The notes under the pieces are model-generated. The model saw nothing but the letters and a program-made list of their open reading frames with translations, did not search any database and had not been told where the DNA came from. Shown one piece after another: positions 58,400 to 64,000 of a DNA stretch of 64,000 nt. Position 1 is the stretch's first letter; every line of letters begins with the position of its first letter. Position numbers and translations under genes: made by a program. This DNA comes from Anthoceros angustus. Its lineage: Eukaryota > Plantae > Anthocerotophyta. The DNA is taken from assembly GCA_010909165.1 (NCBI GenBank), contig MU008170.1, positions 248,001 to 312,000 on the forward strand. Direction: 5' to 3'.

Positions 58400-60400
58400 T
58401 TGGCACAAACCATTCCCTTGGGAGCGAATCCAAGCCTACAACGAACATTGAGGGTGAATGTGGACCTCACGGTTGTCCCTAGACACAAATTCACACTCCA
58501 TGCCAGTCAATTTATCCTTAAGAAATTCAATCATCCGACGGATGGGTTTCAGAACTAGCTTTATCGACTTGAGGTTCCATCTCATTCACTCCCACCTTCG
58601 ATATTCAAGCACCGCCACTTCGCCTTCATCTCCGCAAAATGCTTGTGAAACCTCCTTAGGATGAGGGCCGCCTTTGAAACTCCACAGCACCGATTTACCA
58701 AGCAAACATTTTCGCCATGCCGCCCTCATCCGGTGCTCTAGGGCATAAAAGAGTGCACCATCTCTGGACGGATGAAAACATCTCCGGCGCGCTGGCACTT
58801 GTCCCCTCCTCGGTTCCTCTCCACACACCCCATGTACACGCACACGAGGTGCACCTTTGATGTGGCATCGGTGAAAGCGTATTCGTAGCGCCTTTCAAAA
58901 ATGCCATCTCGACATGGTACCGCAACAATGTATATTTCTCTTGCGGATTTGATGAAGAAGGGCTTTCTCGAATGCTCACACAATCTTGATATCCGGATTC
59001 TCCTTTGAAAGCGCAAAAACTCCCCGCACATCACTCACGACAATGTATGCTCGTAACATCTCCTCTAAAAGCCGGGACACCAAGATGTGACCAAACAAAG
59101 TAGATAGAGTGGAGCGGTCCGCATAAAGGACACAGAGCCACATGAAGTGCCCCACTCACAAAGGTGTGAGCCTTGTATATCCTCGAGTGAACTCGAAGCT
59201 ACGAAATGAACATTGCACGCAGAGCAAATGATCGATGGCAAAGGAGCGGAGCCGTGCCAACTGATCAGAGCTGGCAATGAGCAGGAGCTGTGGAACCCAC
59301 CAGAGCCGTGAGCGAATGAGAAGGAGCCAGAGCAAATGAGCAATAGCCAGTGCAAATGACCTGGAGCCAGAGCAAATGACAAGGAGCCAGAGCAAATGAC
59401 AAGGAGCCAGAGCAAATGAGCGTAGCCAGAGAAAATGAGCAATAGCCAGGGCAAATGACCAGGAGCCAGAGCAAATGATCAGGAGCCTGGGCAAATGACC
59501 AGGAGCAAGAGCAACTAAACAAGAGCCAGGGCAAGCATGGCGCAAGCAAAGAGACAGTGAAGCAAGTCAAGCGACGAGCAGCCACACGGGAGGAAACTCT
59601 GAACATGGAGAGTGACAGCAAAGAAGCTGCTGTCATTACATATAGTGATGATCCCGACGGCTTTGAACAAGTTAAAGGGTTAGTGGCGTGTTCAATTGCA
59701 AGAATAGACTAGCTTGCACCGGGCAAGGAGACGCCACCACAGCAAAGCGACACGTGGAAGCAAAGAGAAATTATGTGAATCGAATCACCGAGAGGTATCT
59801 AGGAAATGGATGATGTGCGGGAAGACAAGAGGAGCCACCACGCCGCCTCGCATCCTTGGAGTTGGAGGAAGGCCTTGACGCCGACTCCCAAAATTGCAAA
59901 TTTTAACCCCTTGGGGCAAACAATCGAACGAGCCTTCCCCACTCCACACCAAGGCCTCCTCGTGCACTTTGCAAATCGCGCGGTTTGAAGATGGCGTACA
60001 ACTCACCGCTGACCCCAAGGACTCGCCCAAGGCATGCCCGCTTGCTTGCCTCACGCCGTTAGTTAGCACAATATTCATAAAGGTTTGTCTTGCCTTCAAG
60101 TGATCAGACGCTTGTACACTCCGCAGCTTTTTCATGGCCGCCCTGATGTTTTGGAAAGCGAGGGATGTGGCTCGAGCCTTCACCAAGAACGGGAAGAATT
60201 CCTTGAGGCCACGAAGCCCGAAAAGCATCTAACACCTTAGCCTTGCTATCGAATTGAAGGGCAGTTCTCTACAACCGAAAACGTGGCCAAGTTCTCGAGC
60301 AACACGCCCACATTGTGCATCACGCCCCATCACGACTGGTGAGATCCCCTTTGCTGCACTAATCGCCTTGACCGCCTGTGGATGAAAGAGGACCTGCGCT
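58400..60400 (-). mobile_element. Degenerate Sola2-like DNA transposase (N-terminal/Cys-rich part) interrupted by an insertion
   Basis: Frameshifted blocks FQNIRAAMKKLRSVQASDHLKARQTFMNIV, SRPSSNSKD..HIIHFLDTS, ENPDIKI..AFE..KPFFIKSARE..CC-RYHVEM and CTSCAC..CG..CP follow the order remembered for this transposase type. The superfamily call is from memory. Confidence 0.5.
59323..59535. repeat. ~11 x 20-bp tandem array inside an insertion in the transposase
   Basis: Unit ggagccagagcaaatga(c/g)(a/c)a. Confidence 0.9.
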
Positions 60401-61282
60401 TGCCTCAGAGACTAGTTCCTCTCACTCATTGAGGGTTCTTCGATCCCGAGAAGCCGCCTCACACCCACCTCCGCCAGTATGATTATCACCGTGACAATCC
60501 TCCTCCATGCGACCGCCTCCCGCCTCTGCCTAACATCCGCCACGCACAAAGATGCTCCATCTTCCACACGCAAAGATGCAACTCGAATTTGCTTTTCCTC
60601 CACCGGCCCAGTGTGCGTGTTTTGCTTTTCCTAAGTGCACCCGAGAGGGAGGCGCCGAGCCATTCAATTCCTTGCCTCGCCCGGACGGGCTCCCTTCCCG
60701 CCTCCTCCTCTCGCAGCTCACAAGATCGGGCACATGGTTCACACACGGCACCGCCAAGCGCAAAGTGGTGAAAGGTCTCGCAGCGTGAAGATGGTGTTAT
60801 GCCTCATTGGTGACAAGTGCCGCACCAACATGGGTACTTACCATCTTTTGAAAATCCCGCTTAGACAAAACTTTGAAATACAAACAAGTTTATTTTGTTT
60901 GTGACCATGCTTCACTTTCGTGTTCCATGTTCACTTGACGAACGCTTCTGAAATTGCCATGGTACAACTTTGAAATTCCCGCTTATTCCAAACTTTGAAA
61001 TTTGAACAAGTTCCAACTTCAAAGGTGACAAAGACTCACTTTTGTTCTCGTGTTCACTTGACGCTATGCTTGAAATTCAAATGAGCTTGGTTGTGTGTCT
61101 TGTGCTCACTTTTGTATCCAAAGCTCACTTGTCCATCCATGATCAAGTAATTAAATACCAAATGCAAAATCATATCCTTAAGATCCGAGCATTTTACCGT
61201 GGACTTGTTGCCATGCTCTTAGTTTTGGGAAAAACTTGAATCACTTCGATCATTATTCTAGCGAGGAGAGTTTTTGGAAGGT

Positions 61283-61308
61283 AAATATGTCCACATGTGG
61301 ACATATTT
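61283..61308. repeat. Perfect 26-bp palindrome
   Basis: aaatatgtccacatgtggacatattt equals its own reverse complement. Confidence 0.95.
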
Positions 61309-61580
61309 CCACGTTGCGTCCGTCCCCACATAATGTGGTCTACCTAACCGTGCTTGCACCCTTAGGTCCGAGGAGGAACAACCCAAAAAGGGCTAATAGG
61401 TAGGTAGTCTTCTAGACCTGAACACTTTGTTGAGTTTCTTGAAGGGTTTATTAGTTTAATTTATAAATAGGGTTTAGAAATCTTAAAACATAAATTAATC
61501 ATGTATAGATGTTCATGTCTTTTAAACAAAAATAAGGGTTCATTAAGGAATTATGCACTTATGTTTGCTTAGGCTTACTT

Positions 61581-61787
61581 AGAAGAAGAAGAAGAATTTT
61601 ATCTTAAGTCGTCCACTGCCATGGATTGATTGCCATGGACTTGTACTTAATAACTTGTACCATGGAATGCCTAAGCTACTTGCACCAAGGGCATCCATTT
61701 CCTTTAGGCACCCCATCTAAGTATTCCATCCATGGATAATGATGCTTACTAACCACGTTTTATAAATGTGGTGTAGTTAATTTACCA
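61581..61787 (-). mobile_element. Second short retroposon with (TTC)n tail
   Basis: Plus strand agaagaagaagaagaattttatcttaagtcgtccact matches the tail at 34953 (aagaagaa..ttttatttaagtccact). ccatgg inverted repeats lie near the tail. The 5' boundary is approximate. Confidence 0.55.
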
Positions 61788-61799
61788 AGCTTATTTGGA

Positions 61800-63695
61800 C
61801 ACTTAGCTTGGCCTGCTTACTTGAGCCCTGGAGTCATTGCTTAGGCTTACTTGGCTTGCTTGTTTGCTTAGGCTGCTTGGCTTACCCGCTTGGTTAGGCT
61901 TACCTGGCCTGGCCCGCCTTGGGGGCTTACTTGGCTTGCCCGCTTGGTTAGGCTACTTGGCCTGCTGCCTGCCAGGCTCACCTTGCTTTTTGCTGCTTCA
62001 GGCCACTTGGCTACCTTACCTTGCCTTTGCCTGTTTCACTGGCTCATTCGCCTGGCTTCAGGCTTCACCTGGCCTGCCTGTCTGGGCCACTTGGCCTGCT
62101 CTGTCTGCTTGTAGGCCACTTGGCCTGTCTGTTTGTTTAGGCCCACCCTGTCTGCCTGCTTAGGCCACTTAGCCTGTCGCTTGTTTAGGCTTACTTGCCT
62201 GTTTGCTTAGGCTCACCTGGCCTGCCTTACTTGGCCTGGCCTCGGCTTGCTTGGCCACTTGGCTTGCCTCACTCATTTCCTGCCTTACTTGGCCTGCCTC
62301 GCTGCTTGTGGCTTACTTGGCTCGCCTCACTCTGGCTTAGGCTTACTTGGCTTGCCTCTTACTTGGCTTGCCTGTTTGCTTAGGCTTACTGGCTTGCCTC
62401 TTACTGGCTTGCCCCACTCTGGCCTTGCCTAGGTCTACCTTGGCCTGGCTACCTACTGCCTATTCTGCCTGGCTCACTCTACTTCGTCCGCCTGGCTCAG
62501 GCTTCACCTGGCCTGCCTGTCTGGCTCAGCCACCTGGCCTGGCTCTGTCTGCTCAGGCTCACCTTGGCCTGGTCTGCTTAGGCCCACCTGTTGCCCTGCC
62601 TACTAGGGCCACTTAGCCTGTCCGCTTGTTTCCAGGCCACTTGCCTGCTTGCCTGGGCCAGCCTACTCTGGCTCTTGGCCTGGCCTGCTTCAGGCCACTT
62701 GGCCTGCTCACTCAGCTTGGCCTCACTCATTTCTGGCCTCCGCTTAGGCTTACTTGGCTTGCCTCACTCTGGCTTAGGCTTACTCTGGCCTGCCTCACTC
62801 ATTTGCTCTTGCTTAGGCCACTGCCCCCACTCATTTGCCCCACTCTGGCTCTGGCCTCCACCTGGCCTGTCCACCTGAGCCTTAGGCTTCACTTAGCCTC
62901 TACCTGGTCCTTGTTTCCAGGCCCACTTGCCCCGCTTGACTTCAGGCTTCACCTGCCTCAGCCTTACTTGGCCTGGCCTCGGCTTGCTTTCAGGCTCACC
63001 TGGCCTTGGCCCTCCACTCATTTCCTGCCTCCATTTACTCTTAGGCTCTGGCCTCGCCTGGCTTGTGGCTTACTTGGCTGCACCCCTCACTCTGGCTTCA
63101 GGCCTACCTGGCCTTGCCTAGGTCTACCTTGGCCTGGCTACCTACTGCCTATTCTGCCTGGCTCACTCTACTTCGTCCGCCTGGCTCAGGCTTCACCTGG
63201 CCTGCCTGTCTGGCTCAGCCACCTGGCCTGGCTCTGTCTGCTCAGGCTCACCTTGGCCTGGTCTGCTTAGGCCCACCTGTTGCCCTGCCTACTAGGGCCA
63301 CTTAGCCTGTCCGCTTGTTTCCAGGCCACTTGCCTGCTTGCCTGGGCCAGCCTACTCTGGCTCTTGGCCTGGCCTGCTTCAGGCCACTTGGCCTGCTCAC
63401 TCAGCTTGGCCTCACTCATTTCTGGCCTCCGCTTAGGCTTACTTGGCTTGCCTCACTCTGGCTTAGGCTTACTCTGGCCTGCCTCACTCATTTGCTCTTG
63501 CTTAGGCCACTGCCCCCACTCATTTGCCCCACTCTGGCTCTGGCCTCCACCTGGCCTGTCTGCCTGCTTAGGCTCACTCTGGCCTGCCTTACTGGCCTTC
63601 CTGCCTGCTAGGCCTACTCTGGCTTGCTGGCTCACTCCTGCCTTAGGCTTACTTGTTGCTTAGGGCACTTGTTTGCCTAGCCTCACTTGGCCTTC
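61800..63695. repeat. A-poor complex satellite built of short words (ttggcc, cctg, gctta, ccactt) with a 689-bp higher-order duplication
   Basis: ~62419-62870 is repeated at ~63108-63559; identical ORF translations start at 62591/63280 and 62626/63315. Strong strand asymmetry. Confidence 0.9.
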
Positions 63696-64000
63696 AATGC
63701 CAATTCCTGTCTCAGCTTTTGACCTTATTTAAATGTCATCTATTTTCTCCAAACTTGTTTGCGTCTCAATTTTAGCAGGACAGACAGCTCTGAAAGATCA
63801 AGTGAATTAACAATGAAAAATGTAAAGAATTTGCAAGTTTCTAACCATCTAAATATTGATCAGATAACAGTATCTAGAAATCGTGAATGGAATCAGATAT
63901 TTACAATATCGAATGCATATGAAAGAATGACCATCTCTGGTTTCATGAGAACAAGCAGAAAAAAAAGTAAACTCGTGAATAGCAAATCCCAAAGCTCAAC

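Noticed and set aside
61837-63663. Leu/Ala/Trp-rich ORFs up to 214 aa
   Set aside because: Artefacts of an A-poor satellite that rarely forms stop codons.

Overview
Eukaryotic nuclear DNA from a land plant, probably a non-seed lineage such as a hornwort or lycophyte. This is inferred from the short GT-AG introns, a PLS-class PPR remnant, a RETICULATA-related gene and a CRE-clade retroelement. Five host genes look intact: ATXR3/SDG2 H3K4 methyltransferase (-), a TMEM144-like transporter (+), the prenyltransferase alpha subunit FNTA/PLP (-), a RETICULATA-RELATED DUF3411 gene (-) and a C-terminal J-domain gene (-). They are interspersed with decayed transposons: CRE and L1 non-LTR elements, a Ty3/gypsy chromovirus, Ty1/copia, a TIR element and Sola2-like transposase remnants, plus many tandem arrays. 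Two features stand out. (1) At 15.7-19 kb, an intron-containing, now disrupted gene encodes a prokaryote-type beta-class N6-adenine/N4-cytosine DNA methyltransferase. It is flanked by two paralogous CCHC zinc-knuckle exons and GC-rich palindromes, suggesting a mobile module carrying a non-5mC DNA-modification enzyme in a plant. (2) At 57.2-58.05 kb, a bacterial-style toxin/immunity pair has a Shine-Dalgarno sequence overlapping the toxin stop codon. It is either horizontal transfer or a chimeric or contaminant segment, because the sequence from about 51 to 60 kb is indel-rich and looks like low-quality consensus. All family assignments come from motif recognition by eye; no searches were run.
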